Part shown: one piece after another, positions 1-14,229 of the stretch
Layout of the letters: every line of letters begins with the position of its first letter
Position numbering within the stretch: the stretch's first letter is position 1
NCBI RefSeq assembly: GCF_009914755.1
Contig: NC_060935.1
Reading direction: 5' to 3' (one strand)
Length of the DNA: 64,000 nt
Origin: the human T2T-CHM13v2.0 reference genome, Homo sapiens
Notes under the pieces: generated by a model
What the model was told of the DNA's origin: nothing
Seen by the model: only the letters and a program-made list of their open reading frames with translations
The model's database searches: none
Program-made: the position numbers and the translations under genes

Positions 1-290
1 ACAATCAATCGTTATATAATTGTGATAAGGGATGAAAACAGGTATTGTGGGTGATTAGATTCTATTGAGGATGTCAGAAAATGCCTCCCCGAGAAAGTGA
101 TACCTAAGCAGAGACACGGATGTTTATAAGGATTTAGTCAGGTAAAAAGTGAGAGTGGTGGTGAGTTTCCCAGGCAGAGGGACCCACCTCATAAAAGGTA
201 AAGGAAAGAAGCAATAAGCATTTATTGATGGATTTGTGACAACCAGGCTATACGAAGCCCTTTACAAGGATTATATCTTTTGACTCTCAT
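1..290 (-). mobile_element. LINE-2 fragment
   Basis: gtcagaaaatgcctccccgagaaagtgatacctaagc...ttcccaggcagaggg resembles the reverse complement of the L2 3' region; boundaries approximate. Confidence 0.55.
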
Positions 291-490
291 GGAAACCCTT
301 CCAGGTAGATACCATTATCCTCATTTTGCTTACTCAGAAAGAGAAACTGGGCATAATTAAAGTAACGTAGCCTAAACCTTATATCCAGTAAGGATGGGCA
401 GGTGCCTGGACCTGGACAGTCTAGCTCTAAAATTATATTCTTAAATATATAAATGCAATTTTTTAAGTGGGGAGGAACTTTGTGTATAAC

Positions 491-931
491 TGTCATGGCT
501 TGAATAGTATCCCCCCAAAATTCATGTTCACCCAAAACCTTAAAATGTGACCTTATTTGGAAATAGGACCTTTACAGATGTAATTAGGGCCTTGAGAAGA
601 AATCATTCTGGATTTAGTGTATGCCCTAAATCTAATGACTCATTATGCCCTTATAAGAAGAGACGGCACAAAAGCACAGAGAAGAAAGCAGTGTAAAGTT
701 AGAGGCAAAGGCTGGAATGACAAATCTCTAAGCTAAAGAACTGCAAGGACTGCCACCAACCACTGTAAGGTAGGAGAGACATAGAATGATTTTCCCTCAC
801 AGAAAGAACCAATCCTACTGATACCTTGAGTTTGGACTTTTAGCCTTCTAAATTATGAGAGAATAAATTCATGTTATTTTAAGCCACTGAATTTGTGGTA
901 ATTTTTATGGCAGCTCCAGGGAACTAATGCA
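491..931 (+). mobile_element. MaLR solo LTR (MLT1B/C-like)
   Basis: TGT...CA termini; aatgtgaccttatttggaaatagg and gagagaataaattc...ttaagccac MLT1 motifs. Confidence 0.8.
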
Positions 932-1855
932 ACACCCTTTACTACAGAACAGCCTTGTAACAAAGTTTAGGAGGTTTTATTTATTCAACCATTTTTACTG
1001 TTTATACTATGTGTCAGATATTTTGGCAAGAGTTATGAACAATATAGATTATGCAAATATAGACCCCATTTTCAAAGATTGCAAGGTAGAAACTGATGTG
1101 TGATATAAAAAATTTAGATAAAGAACAATAATTGCCACTCCCATATATTAAGTATACTTATGTGTCAGACACTGAGAGGTGGCTTACATGCATTATTTAA
1201 TCTGAAAATGGTATATATAATTCTTTCCACTTAGATAAATAAAATGAGTCTTAAATAATTTGAATTACCTTCTCCAAAGTTGTGCATTTCTACCAATGAC
1301 AGCATTAGATTCCAATTTCTAATGGGAGGATAAAGGAGGAAACTTAATTCAAGAAAATGTATCTGATAGGGTTTTGAATGATCAGTAATGATGGACACTG
1401 ATAAGTGGAGGCAAAGACAATGTCATTATGGGTGAGAATAATAGTGAGCTTAAAGACAAAGGATCAGGGAATGGAGTTTCTGTATGTAATAGAGACTCCA
1501 GTTTGTCAGAGTGCATAGAACAGTAAGAGAGAAAAGTGAGAAATCAATTTAAAATTGTAGATTCAGACCAGTTGCTGACTAATAAGCAAATGTCAGGAGC
1601 TGGGAAATTTTTCCTTAAATAGATTAAAGTCCTGTAAAATTTTGCTAAAACAAGTGAATGATCAGGGTTTTCTTCAGGGAGATGAATTCCTCAAGAATGT
1701 GACAATGGACTGGAGACTAGGAGAGATTAGTGACCAGGTATCCATTTAGGGAGACAAATGCCACAAGAGAGGGGGACAAAATCCATTCACTCCTTGGAAA
1801 ACAACTCTATGATCAAACCTCAATTATTCTTTTATTCAAAAAATACCTGTTGAGC

Positions 1856-2198
1856 CTTTTCCATGCTACCCAAAGAGGGTCCATCTGACATTGTCCTGTG
1901 TTCCCACAGTAACTTAAATGGACACTTTCACAATGTCTGGAGTCCTATAGATGAAGGACGAGGATATTCTCAAATTCCTTCCAAGAATTCACTTTGTTCA
2001 ATATGCCAAGAACCTGGACACCCTCCACTGGTAACAAGCCTACCACTGAAGACTGGTCTGCAGCTCCCACTGTTCTGGCCACTGAATGAGTAGGAACAAC
2101 GATTGAGAGGTGTTAAGCTGTTCTTCCATATGCTGTTAAACAGAAATATATGAATAAGTTCAACAAAAAATAAACATTCATTTCTTAAAAAAAAAAAA
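1856..2198 (+). pseudogene. RPSA (40S ribosomal protein SA) processed pseudogene with large internal deletion
   Basis: 5' TOP-like cttttccatgctacc; ATG 1933 reads MSGVL*MKDEDILKFL (RPSA: MSGALDVLQMKEEDVLKFL); from 2039 PTTEDWSAAPTVLATE*VG (RPSA: PATEDWSAAPTAQATEWVG); AATAAA 2169; poly(A) 2187-2198. Confidence 0.9.
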
Positions 2199-2341
2199 CA
2201 TTAAGCACTTTGCAGGGAATATATTCCATGTGCTGGAAATAGAATTCTGCATACGGTAGGCACAGTTCCTGCCATTTATAAGTTTTCTCTAGTTGACTTA
2301 GGAAGGCAGAACAAAAAACAAAGCAAAGAACCAACAGATAC

Positions 2342-2823
2342 TGTGGCAACCAGAATAATAGCCTCCCAAAGATGTTCTCTTCAAGATCCCCAGAACTTGT
2401 GAATACATTACCTGATGTGCCAAAGGGGACTTTGCAGGTGTGATTTTGTTAAGGATCCTGAAGTATGGCAATTATTCTAGATTATCTGGCTGAGCCCAGT
2501 GAAATTATAAGGGGACTTATGGGTGAAAGAGAGAGGCAGTAGAGACAGAGGAGGAGATGTGATAATGAAAGCAGACGTCTTGCTTGTTAACTCGGAGGTT
2601 GGTTGTATCACAAGTCAAGAAATGCAGGCAGCCTCCAGAAGCTAAAAAGGCAAGGATATATTCCCTCTAGAGTGTCCAGAGAATGAAGCCCTGCTGACAG
2701 CATGACATTAGCCCAGGAAGCCCTATGTCAGACTTCTAATCTACAGACTTGTGGCAAATTTGTGTTTTAGTAAGTTACTTAGTTTGTGGCCCTTCCTCAC
2801 AACAGCAATAGGAAAACAAAACA
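2342..2823 (+). mobile_element. MaLR solo LTR (MLT1D-like)
   Basis: tgtggcaaccagaataat...ggactttgcaggtgtgatt...agcaataggaaaacaaaaca; 5-bp TSD gatac/gatag. Confidence 0.8.
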
Positions 2824-3269
2824 GATAGTAATTAGAAAAATAAGATACTTTAGATAGTGAAAAGTTGTAGAATAAAGAAAAGTTAAAAAGGATAATATGA
2901 TAGCAAACCAGTGAAAAGGCACTAACACAGGGACACACTTGGCCTGTGTTCATGGTATATAAGAGCAAGAAAGAGAAGAGTTAAGATGATGATGGAGAAG
3001 TAGCCTTCCCTAGAAATAAAATGCTTCAAAATTCTGCATGTGGTCATCTAGTCTTAGTCAGAATAAGGAAATTTAACACTTGTATAAACTGAAATATTAG
3101 AATTTTTCTGTGTGTTATGTTTCTTTTAGCCCTGAAAAAGAGATGTTTGCTTCTATGTTTACACATAGAAGTAAAACAATTATCAATCAAGTGTGAAAAG
3201 GAAAAAAATCAATTTTCAGATACACGAGTTTTCAGAGTTTACATCTCTTTTTCAGGGGTAAATATGAAT

Positions 3270-5530
3270 GGACACAGAGTTCCAATTAAATCTGGAAGAT
3301 TGAGCATATGAGTTTGTGTCCACTTTCTCCTGGGACTCACTAAAATGATAGAAAAGCAGTTTTTGAAAAGCTATGAAAGAGAATGGCAGATGAAGCCATA
3401 GCATTTAGAAGATGTTAACAGGATTTTAGAAGATGGAAAGCTGACGGATAAGGGGAAAGTGACCTAGATAGTGAAGAAAGATGAAACCTAAATGCCTTTT
3501 GGCAGAAAGCAATTCAAGTCATGCACAAACCATGGAAAAGCTTGGGAGTTGGAATTACCAGGATTGTGGGCCCAGGCTAAAAACAGGATGGTTTGCTGCA
3601 AGTCTACATGAAGAGGACTTACACCTAGCCCAGACTATGCAGTAAGACAAACAGACCTCACCAATCATGGTAGAAACAGAAGCTTATCTCTTCAGAGTGA
3701 ATCACGTAAACCCAGTCCTCAAGAACAGCAGGCATTGCTGAGGTGTGGGGTTGGATGCCTTACTGAAATCAGGAAGAAAAATCGAAGGTTGCATACTGAA
3801 TGGTAAGACTCTATCCTCAACTTCCTTTCTACTTAGTTTCTAGAATGCTGGTTGCCAGATGTCTAATCATCTCTAGGAAAGAGGCTGAAGAACTCCTATA
3901 TAGAGAAGCTTATCAACTTCAGAAAAAGGCATGAATTTATTGCTATCTGAGGCCCACAAGTAAAGGACTGTCAAAATAATCCCAGTTAACAAATCTTATA
4001 TACCCACAGTGCCTTGCTCTTATATACAAATGAACACCTAAGGACCACTAAGTATTTAAGGAAAGACCCTAAAAGAAGCTAAAACAAGCTAATCAAACAT
4101 GGGAAAATTAATTGGAAGAGACCAGAAAAAAATTAAAATAGTAACAACTAAAATTAACATTTTCAGGGAGAAAAGATAGTGTAGCCTTAAAACAAAAATA
4201 AGATGCTATTGAAAAAAAGAAAGATTAAAAAATAAACAGCTCTTGCATATTAAAAATATATTAGTAGAAACTTCAAAATTAATGGTTTGGAAGAAAAAGA
4301 AGAAAATTTTTGAAAAAATTAAGCATCAAAAGAAATAAACAATTAGAAATAAGATTTTAAAAACTGAAGATCAATCCAGAATGGCGAATATCCAACTGAC
4401 AAGGTTTTGAGAAAGAATAGAGAAATTAGAGGAAAGGAAATTATTAAGGAGATGATGTAAGAACATTTTCCATTTTTTTTTTGTTTGTTTGTTTTTTGTT
4501 TTTGTTTTTATTTTTTTTCCCAAGGGATGAAGTCTTGCTCTGTGGCCCAGGCTGGAGTGCAGTGGTGCAACCACAGCTCACTGCAGCCTTGAACTCCTAG
4601 GCTCGAGTTAGCCTTCCATCTCAGCCTCCTGAGTAGCTGGAACTACAGGCACCCACCACTACAACCAGCCCATTTTAAAAAAGTGTACACATGGGGTCTC
4701 ACTATGTTGCCCAGGCTGGTCTCAAACTCCTGGCCTTGAGGAACCTGCAATCCTCCTGCTTGGCTTCCAGAAGTGCTGGGATTACAGAAATGAGACACCG
4801 TATCTAGCTCACTTCCAGATTTGAAGGATATGAGAGGGTCGGCCTCTGAGAGACAAGCACAAGATTACATTTTAAAAAGCCTCTTCTTAAGATGTCATAA
4901 ATTTTCTTAACCCTAGAGATAGAGTATCATAAAGTCTCTAGAGAGATTTACGATTAAAAGCATACATGAGGCTTCAGGAATCAGAATGGTACTAGTCTAC
5001 CCAATAGCAATACTAGAAGATAACAGGTAATGGGACAAAACTGACAAAATAGAAAAACATTATTGTTCTTAGATTCATAGAAGCAAAACAGCTATCAATC
5101 AAGTATGAAAAGGAAAAAAAAAATCAATTTTCAGATACACAAGTTTTCAGAGTTTACATCCCAGGCCCCTGTTTAAGGAAACTACAGGAGTATATAATCC
5201 AGAAAGTTATGGGATCCAGAAAGCGAGGGGGTGACATAGAAGAGAAGTGGAGGGGATCTCCCAAGATGATGGTGATGGAGGACCCCAAATCAACAACTGT
5301 GTAGCAGGATAGAGGGCGTTTAGTTCAAACTGAAGTAGAAGGGCAGAGAGCTCCAAGAGGAAAGCATCTAGTGAAAAAAAGTAGAATTGATATATTATCT
5401 GACAAGTCTGATTATATTAAGGGAATTTTATAGTTCTCCTGGATCATTTTGAGGTGGGTTAATGACAGAAATACAGAAACATAAGGTAACATTAACAAAT
5501 AGAAATGCAATTATAAACCCTGGGGTGGGG
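3270..5530 (+). mobile_element. Ancient HAL1/L1M 5'-ORF1 remnant, interrupted by an Alu
   Basis: A-rich sense strand; caggaatcagaatgg...agcaatactagaagataacaggtaatgg resembles the ORF1 C-terminal region of old L1/HAL1; boundaries approximate. Confidence 0.5.
4473..4809 (-). mobile_element. Alu (AluJ-like)
   Basis: Poly-T/(TTTG)n tail followed by diverged reverse-complement Alu dimer. Confidence 0.9.
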
Positions 5531-5538
5531 AAATGCTA

Positions 5539-5916
<378 letters not shown>

Positions 5917-6174
5917 CTACTTGAGTTACAATTTTAACTCTGCCACTGAATTGTGTGACCTTGAGACAATTGCTTAACAATACTAATTGTATAAACAGAA
6001 TTTTGATTTCAATAAAACTAGTTAAAAGATAGAGGATAGGATGTGAATGTCGGGGATGGAAAGAGAGATGAAGAGGGAGAGACAGTTGAAAGAGAGATAG
6101 AGAATTAAATTTAGTTCCTCATCTTTCATAGGAAGATGTCAACAGACATGTAAAATATTGAAAGTCAACGAACA

Positions 6175-6493
<319 letters not shown>

Positions 6494-6576
6494 TCAACGA
6501 ATAGCAGCATAATGATCATAATAGCTAAAACATACAGCGTTAATTCTATGCCAAACACTCCTTTATGCTGTAAGAT

Positions 6577-6609
6577 ACACACACGTGCGCGCACACACAC
6601 ACACACACA
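6577..6609. repeat. Interrupted (CA)n microsatellite
   Basis: acacacacgtgcgcgcacacacacacacacaca. Confidence 0.9.
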
Positions 6610-9600
6610 AATTTTCTCCTCTAAAGCGATGACTCCTAGTAGCAAGAGTTGCCAGTAAATGGATTGAGTGAAATAACTGCTTCTTCTTTTTTTTTTTTTT
6701 AAAGTATTTCACCTTTACATCTTGGTACATGTATTATTTTGAGAAAGTAAAAGCTAATTGAGACATAAAATATGTAATGGATTAAAGAAACTTTTCTGTT
6801 GTCTTACTTGCTATGTTAGAATAGTGCTTTAAATTCTGTGATTGCCAAAAATTTCTCTTCACATAATGGATGTAATATGAAGTAATGGGCTATTGAAAAT
6901 AATTCTCCCCTCTTTCTGTCCCCTCTTTTGATATTGTAGCCTCTTAGAAAGCACTGTAAGAAACCCGAGCTCCACTCAAATGGCAGGGCTACTGTTTGAC
7001 ACATTTTGGATGTTCTGATTTTGTTTTAAGATCCATTTCAACCTTGAAGACTTTCTCTAAAAGAATAATACAAATGGTAAAAATGTAAATGTCCATTTGC
7101 TTACAAATTTCAACTCAAGAGGAGTCCATCATATCAGATCCATGAGAGCATCATCTGCCCTGAGGAGGATATTTTTACATAATGGGCATCTTCTACCTTG
7201 GGCTAAAATGTAGGATGAGTTAGAGTTGCTGATTGATACCATTTGTCATTGACATTTTTTTCTTTTCTACTCACAAATAAGTGTGTTAATTTTTTTCCTA
7301 ATGTTTGGTGTTATAACAGAGATGAAATAGGAGAGTGGGCTAAGGATAAAGCAAATATCCTTATTATAAATCAAATGAACCCACAGAAGCAATTTCCCAA
7401 TATTATTTGAGTTACGATTTTCATATTGATTTAAGCAAAAGACCTGTGTTCTAATTCCAGCCCTTGTGTACCATCTGTGTGTATATGGGTAATTTTCCCC
7501 ACCCCTGAATGAGTTGAAAGCTTCATCATTATATGGGGAAGAATAGTAATTTTAAAAAATATTTTATCAGCTAACACACAGACTATTGCAATGGTCATCT
7601 TCTGAACTAAAACCCCTGCCTCCATCTCTCTACCCAATTTATCACATAGTTGCCTGATTAAACTTCTAAGAATGTTACTGTCCTTGAGCAAATTATTTAT
7701 TTGCTTATACATTTTTAAAAAACTTTTCAATTGACCATAAGAAAAGTTTTACATTCTTAGTTAAAAATCTGAGTTCTCTGAGAGCAAGATCTGTGACTTA
7801 CTTATCTCTGTTTCTCTGGTACTCAACAAAGACCGGGCACATAGTCATAACTTAGAAATGTTAAATAAAAATTTAATTTAACCCTAAAATTCAAGGCTTT
7901 CTTTTGTCTGGGCCTATTCTTTCTTTCTAATACTTTGGTTTAGAATTACTCTTACATGATTCTTTCCTCTTTCCAGTGTTTTAACTTTGTATTCTAAACT
8001 TTGATTCTGTTTATCCATCCTTCTTCCATTCATTTATCCATCTATCAAATATCTAAAGGATGATATATCAAGATGTTCGCATTTGCAAGCAGTAGATATC
8101 TTAACTCAAACTGGCTGAAATATTAACAGAAAAATGTCATTGGCTGAAAAATTTGAAAAGTCAGTCTAGTTAGCAGGACTTAGTGTCGTTTGATCAGACC
8201 TCTGACTCTGTTTCTCCATAAGGAACGAATTGAATGAATTAGCACTCAATATCAAAAGAGCTGCAATGAGTGAACAAACACTCTTCATGCTATGCAATAA
8301 GATCTGCCCAGTATGCTTCTCACCACAGTATAATGGTGTCTTTACCATTATTATAAGTCCACAAGCAGGCACAAAAGAATAAGTGGTGGCACGCTTTTTC
8401 AGTGATTTATCAGCAACCTTTTCTTCTTTGTACTAGGAAAAAAGGCCACATACAATGTTAATATCATGGGAAGCATGTTTACCCACTGATTTTCAAATGA
8501 TTTAAGTCAATGTTGTAGGTCTGCCTTTTAACTCAAATAAATATTTTTCGTTTTTACCACTAGCGGGCAGCAGTTAGGAAATATTAATAGTGACTACTAT
8601 TGTATATATTTTTTTACCTCTTCAAAATTATAATTAGCTTGTGCTTACAGCGGTGAAATATTCTGGATCTTTTATGTTCTGTTCTATTCCAAAACTATGT
8701 ATTTAGATTTTTTGCTTTGGAAAATTTTACCCTAAATGTTATAGAAGTAGAAACCATCCCACCCTCTGCCTCTAGTAGAGTAAGTAACTTAGAAAATAGT
8801 GTGAAATTAAACAGAAACTTCCTAGATGCTAATAGCCAAGTGGGAAATTTCAATAATATTAGAAGCCTTCCTTCAAAGAAGATGGTATTTTACCATTTGT
8901 GACAACAAAATGTATGGCAGCCAAAGGAAGAGAATCAGTAATCTAGGATGGTAAAGGCAAAATAGGATCCCTATGGGACCTAGATAGACATTTCAATTAG
9001 GTATGTTTTGTCATGTCATTCAATTTATTTATTTATCTGTAAAACACCGTACGTCCTGGTGGTCTCTGCCTTGATCTCCTTCATACTGAAGTGTATATTT
9101 ATTTTACTTCCTTTACAGATTTGCAGTTCTTTTCTATTCTTAGATTTTTCTCAAACTTTCTGTATACAATTAAAACTTTTACTTTAAGAATTTTTTTTAG
9201 AGTTGAAGACACTGATGCTTTCAAAGTCTTTCTGTAATTTATCATGTTGCTCTACGTGTATAGTGTGGAATTCAAAGTTAGAAATATTTTTCTGGCATTA
9301 GAGGAGCAGCATTTGTTCTCCATTCACTTTAAAATCTTAATTTTCCCAAGGCACAATGGCCTGTAGTGAATTAAGGCTATTTTCTCCCATTAATGCAGAA
9401 ATAAAAGGGTAGAATAAGATGTATACACTTTTCTCATTGTAAATTATAAATACAGAGTAGATGCACAGAGAAAAGGAAACATTGCATATATGACTACATA
9501 CATGTGTTTTTGGTAATTAAAATATATGTTTGAGGTAACAATATAGGCTTATTTAATACTTCCTGCTTCCAGTTTTTTAATCAGACAGTTCACAGAGAAG

Positions 9601-10166
9601 TCAAAAGACGTCTTACACCAGGCCACTAAATATAGCAGTGTAAAGTATTGGGCTATGTGCACAGATTGTCGTTTTTAAGACAAACTGAATTATTTCTTCT
9701 CTTTCCAGCTCTAAGGAAATTATATAATGATAATTTCTTAGAAATTGTCTCTGAGGCTAACACTGCAAAGTAAAATCAAATAAAGCTGAACTAAAAATTG
9801 TCTGCTTAAAAACCCTTGGTAAGAAAAAAGTCACAGATGAATTCTAGGGCTTATTTGTATAGCTTCGAACTGAAAGAAGTGTGTAATTATTAGGCTGAAC
9901 ATTTACTTAGGAATTCAAAGTCAAATAAAGCCATACTGTAAAAAAGCTTTTCAAAGCAGTTTTGTCTTTAGGAATGTCCACTCTCTACATATAATATAAA
10001 AAGCTATAAAACTGTATTGAGTCCATTTATTTACTATATCCCAGAAAAGGGCCTAGCCAACAGTAGATAAAAATACCTATTGAGTGAATATTTTTTGAAA
10101 TAATAAACTGAAGATGTTGCATTCAAAATAGCCTCAGAAACAGTCACCTTAAGGTTCGTTTTTCTC

Positions 10167-10280
10167 TTTTTGAGGTGGGGTCTGGGTATATTTCCCAGGT
10201 GCACTTCAAACTTCTGGGTTCCAGCAATCCTCCCACTTCTGCCTTCCTAGTAACTGGGACTACAGATGCACACCACCACC
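10167..10280 (-). mobile_element. Alu monomer (FLAM-like)
   Basis: Reverse-complement single Alu arm ending ...gggactacagatgcacaccaccac. Confidence 0.75.
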
Positions 10281-10674
10281 TTGAGGTATGTACTTGAGGT
10301 ATTTCTTAAAAATCAGTTTGCCTTAAAAATACCACAGAAATAGTTTTTGAATGATCTTAAATAGAATGCCTTTAAAACATGTTTGTATTTTTGGTAATAG
10401 GGAGCAAAACATCAAATTTATGTTACTATTTCAAAATATTTATAAAATTATCACAATTTATTCTATTGTATATCATTTTTACCTATGTGATTACCACACC
10501 ATTACTAAATCTTAATACAGTGAAGTTTCCTTTAGTACTAGTTTTTTGGTTAACTGGGGGATTCTCAATCAACTTATTTCTAAATACATTTAGTACTAAG
10601 ACAACTGCAAATGTGTTGCCCACAAAAAAGACTTTATAGTTTCAGATGTAGATTTAATTTAACAAATATCCAAA

Positions 10675-10696
10675 AGAAGAAAGAAGAAAGAAAGAG

Positions 10697-10743
<47 letters not shown>

Positions 10744-10766
10744 GAAAGAAAGAAGAAAGAGAGAGA
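10675..10766. repeat. (GAAA)n polypurine microsatellite
   Basis: ~90 bp consisting only of A/G. Confidence 0.95.
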
Positions 10767-10829
10767 AAACAGTAGGTGTAATTGCATAATTAAGGACCAC
10801 AATTGTCTCTAAAATATTAACATATCCTT

Positions 10830-10844
10830 CCACCAGAGGGCAAC
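10830..10844 (+). promoter_or_regulatory. Candidate CTCF site
   Basis: CCACCAGAGGGCAAC fits the CCASYAGRKGGCR core. Confidence 0.55.
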
Positions 10845-11394
10845 ATTTGCAAGACATTTAAATGATTACTCAAAAGTATTTCCTCCCACAGGGATATAAA
10901 CAAATAGAAACCTATTACATTGCTGTTGGCTAATACCTTATGTACATCTTGAAAAATAGTATGGATACAATTATTTAAACAATTGCTTATAAAACTCAGT
11001 GTATACATATAGTGAAACAACAAATAAGGTAACTCTTCTTTAAATATGTAAAAAGAACTTTCAGAAAGCACATTTCTACATATTAGTATTTTTTCAGTTT
11101 ATTATTAATCATTTAACTCAAATATAATAAAAAAAACTTAGGATGGGAGAAACAAAAGAAAATAAGTTTTACATCTTTTTACATCTAAAGACTTTTCATC
11201 TAAAGTCATGAAAAGGCATAAAATTTTACAAGCAGAAAGGATAATAGAAACCACACGATACAAGCCTTCATTTGTGCCAGTAAGCAAACTGGCTTATTAG
11301 TGTTCGATGATTGATACAAAATTGCAGAGATGATAATCAGTGGAACCAGGACCCAAACTCAGGTAAACTGATTTCACATTTCATACTCCGAGAT

Positions 11395-11527
11395 GTTGAT
11401 GTTCAAAATGTGATCCTTAGGCAAGCAGTTGTAGAAACGTGTTACAGTGGTTGAATCTTGGGCACCACTCTAGACCTATTGAATCAGAATCTGTATTTTA
11501 ACAAGACCTTAAACTGTGAGAAACTCC
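11395..11527. mobile_element. MER5A-like hAT-Charlie DNA transposon fragment
   Basis: agacctattgaatcagaatctgtattttaacaag motif. Confidence 0.65.
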
Positions 11528-14229
11528 TCTAACCTGAGCTGTTTTCTCATCACCAGTTACATGACTTCAGGTAATTACTAAATCTCACTTTCCTCCTCAA
11601 TAACATGGGAATACAACTATTTTAGTTTAAGGAATAATTATAAGGAATAAATACGTTTATCATGTAAATAAAAGCTACTCATAAATTGTAATATTGCACA
11701 CATATTATATTAGTTATATTCAGTGAAAACTTCTCCTTTTATTGTTAACAGTTCTTGACAAGAGGGACAATTCTTCCCCTAGAAGAAAAGTGGTCTAATA
11801 ATGCAATTCAGGACTTGTTATAATTGGATGTAAGTTATTGGGGATAAAGGAGGGTGTCAAGAGAAAGGAAGCCTTTTCTGATATGCTTAAATTAATATCT
11901 TACATATAACTACTAGTGTTTCTTTGCATAAAGATAAATCTGATGAATTTAGGGCTGCAAAAGTACACGTTCAGCGTTTGCAATTTGTGTCCACTCATGA
12001 AGAAAATCTGTTGGGTTAGCAAATGGTGTCTGAATATATGTTTCTTACACTGGGAGCAGCTATGGGTTTAAAGCCAGCCTAAATGACATTCTTCAGTCGC
12101 AGGTGGTCTAGTAACGTTTCTTGTAATTTTCCACACATAACATTTTTCATTGTTTATGAAAATACCATTAAATACACCCCTTCTGGCTAGGGTGCTATCC
12201 AAATACCACCACTCCACCCTGCCAAACTCCACTGGGCTGCCATCATCTTTATAGAACTACATTTCTTTTAACTATTAAGACAGACAAGAAAACATTGTCT
12301 CTTGAAATATATTCTGGACATTTTCACTCCCGGGCTGGGTTATTTAACTTGTGTAATTTCACCCATAATTGTTTGAAATTGTATTTTTGTGTCTATCTCC
12401 CAAGTAGCTTGTGAGATATTTCAGGGAGAATTCCCAGATCTAGTATTATTCTTGACACTCAATGAATATTTTTAGAATGAGTAAATCAATATTACCAGTT
12501 ATTCTGATTCAGTTGCTCACCCTATTATCAAGAGAGTGGAAGAGAGAGGAGGATGACATTCATTTCAATAAAGGTGAATATAACTGTTTAAAAACAATGC
12601 TTTTGTGTTGGATTTATATTGCTTAGTGTCCCCTCATATTTGTGTATTGGAGACTTAGCTATCATGTTTACTGATGGTTTAGATAGATCTCTAGTCATTT
12701 GTGGTGCAACTTAAGCTGGAGTGCTTAGGAAAATCATTTACATATCATCACCCCAGCTTCACAAATATTTGTTGTAAATTCTATTTTTTTGTATAACTTC
12801 CCAGAATTCCAAAATCATTAATATCTCTAAATAAATATAATTTAATGAACTTAGTTATTAAAGATTTGAAAAATACAGATATTTTGAAAACACCTAGATA
12901 AGTCAAGTCCTGAATAGCTTGAATCTTTTAATCTTTTTCTTTTCTTTTTTTTTTTGCAAGGAAATAGTTTAATGAGGGTTTTTTTTTTGTCTCCTTATAC
13001 TTGATCTTGAGAAATAGATAGTATTCTGAGGCATCCCATGGTTTTAGAGAAAAATTAAATTCACTGTTTTATTGAAGATACATATTTTAACACAAATTTA
13101 TCAAAAAAGATAAAAATGTCTTCATTATCCTTTTCTTTATTATATTTCACAATGGAAATAATTTGACAACTATCAAACTTAATAATGGCAGATGGTTTTA
13201 GCTACTTTGACATTTTTTTCCAGCTATCCATTCAGTGAATACATAGCCATTATATCATTTGAACTATTCAGGTAATATTCTTATTTGATTCTCAATTTAG
13301 ATCCATATTTTTGAGATTTTGTCTCAGGATCCTAAGTAAAATTGACTCCCTCTGTTGGCTTATGTGACATCCAAGGTTTTGACCTTGAAAATGTGGTTCA
13401 AGGCCAGTCTGTTCTGTAAGCATTGGCCTGAATTGTACTTAAGAAGTTTGTGATTCATGTGAAAGAGATTAATAATTTACATTAATCTAGCAGTTTTCTT
13501 GCTTGCTTAATGAGATAAATTCATTGATGCTGTACCTGTATATATAAAGCCAAAACTCTTACATGAATGTCTTTCAAAATTTATGCTTTAGGAGAAGGAC
13601 ATACAAAGAAAAATAAAATAAGATTTGAATGGAATATATGTAAATTAAAATAAATCTTTTTAAAAATAAATCTTTAAATTATCAATTACAATTTGTTGGC
13701 AAGCACAAGGTATAGCCACATATTTCATCAGTATATTGGTATTTCAGTAGTGTATTGTAAATTAGTTAAATAAAGATGCTTAAAATTCCAAGGAATTTAT
13801 ATTAAATTAACTGTATTTTATTTAATCAACTTCACTGAGTTTATAGCTATTCTTTTTTCTTCTCTCCATACCTCCCACCTCTTTTTCTTTATCTCTCCTT
13901 TCCTCTATTCTTCATTCTCTCCCTTTCTTTCTTTCATCTTTTTCCTGTCAGGAGTTAAAACAAACACATGAACAATGTAATTATGTATTTTGTGTGCACA
14001 TATTTTATATTCAAGGGAGCCTAGGTGTCTTGGAACACCACAAGCATAAGTTAAATATGTTGAAATCTTTCTTCCCTGCAATACTGGCATCAGCGTGCTG
14101 GACAAAACGTAGCAAACTAGAAGTAACTTGTGAATTTTTAATAAAGTTGTCTTCCCTAGCAGAGCTAAATGCACCATTCTCCCTGCAAACTCTGGAGATG
14201 ATGACATCTTCCCAATGGTTTCCATAGCA

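Noticed and set aside
1863-2093. 76-aa ORF MLPKEGPSD...
   Set aside because: Chance frame across the RPSA pseudogene/LTR junction; the RPSA-like frames themselves contain stop codons
14089-14105. Second RE1-like word ATCAGCGTGCTGGACAA
   Set aside because: Spacing is right but the conserved ACC of the left half-site is replaced; too degenerate
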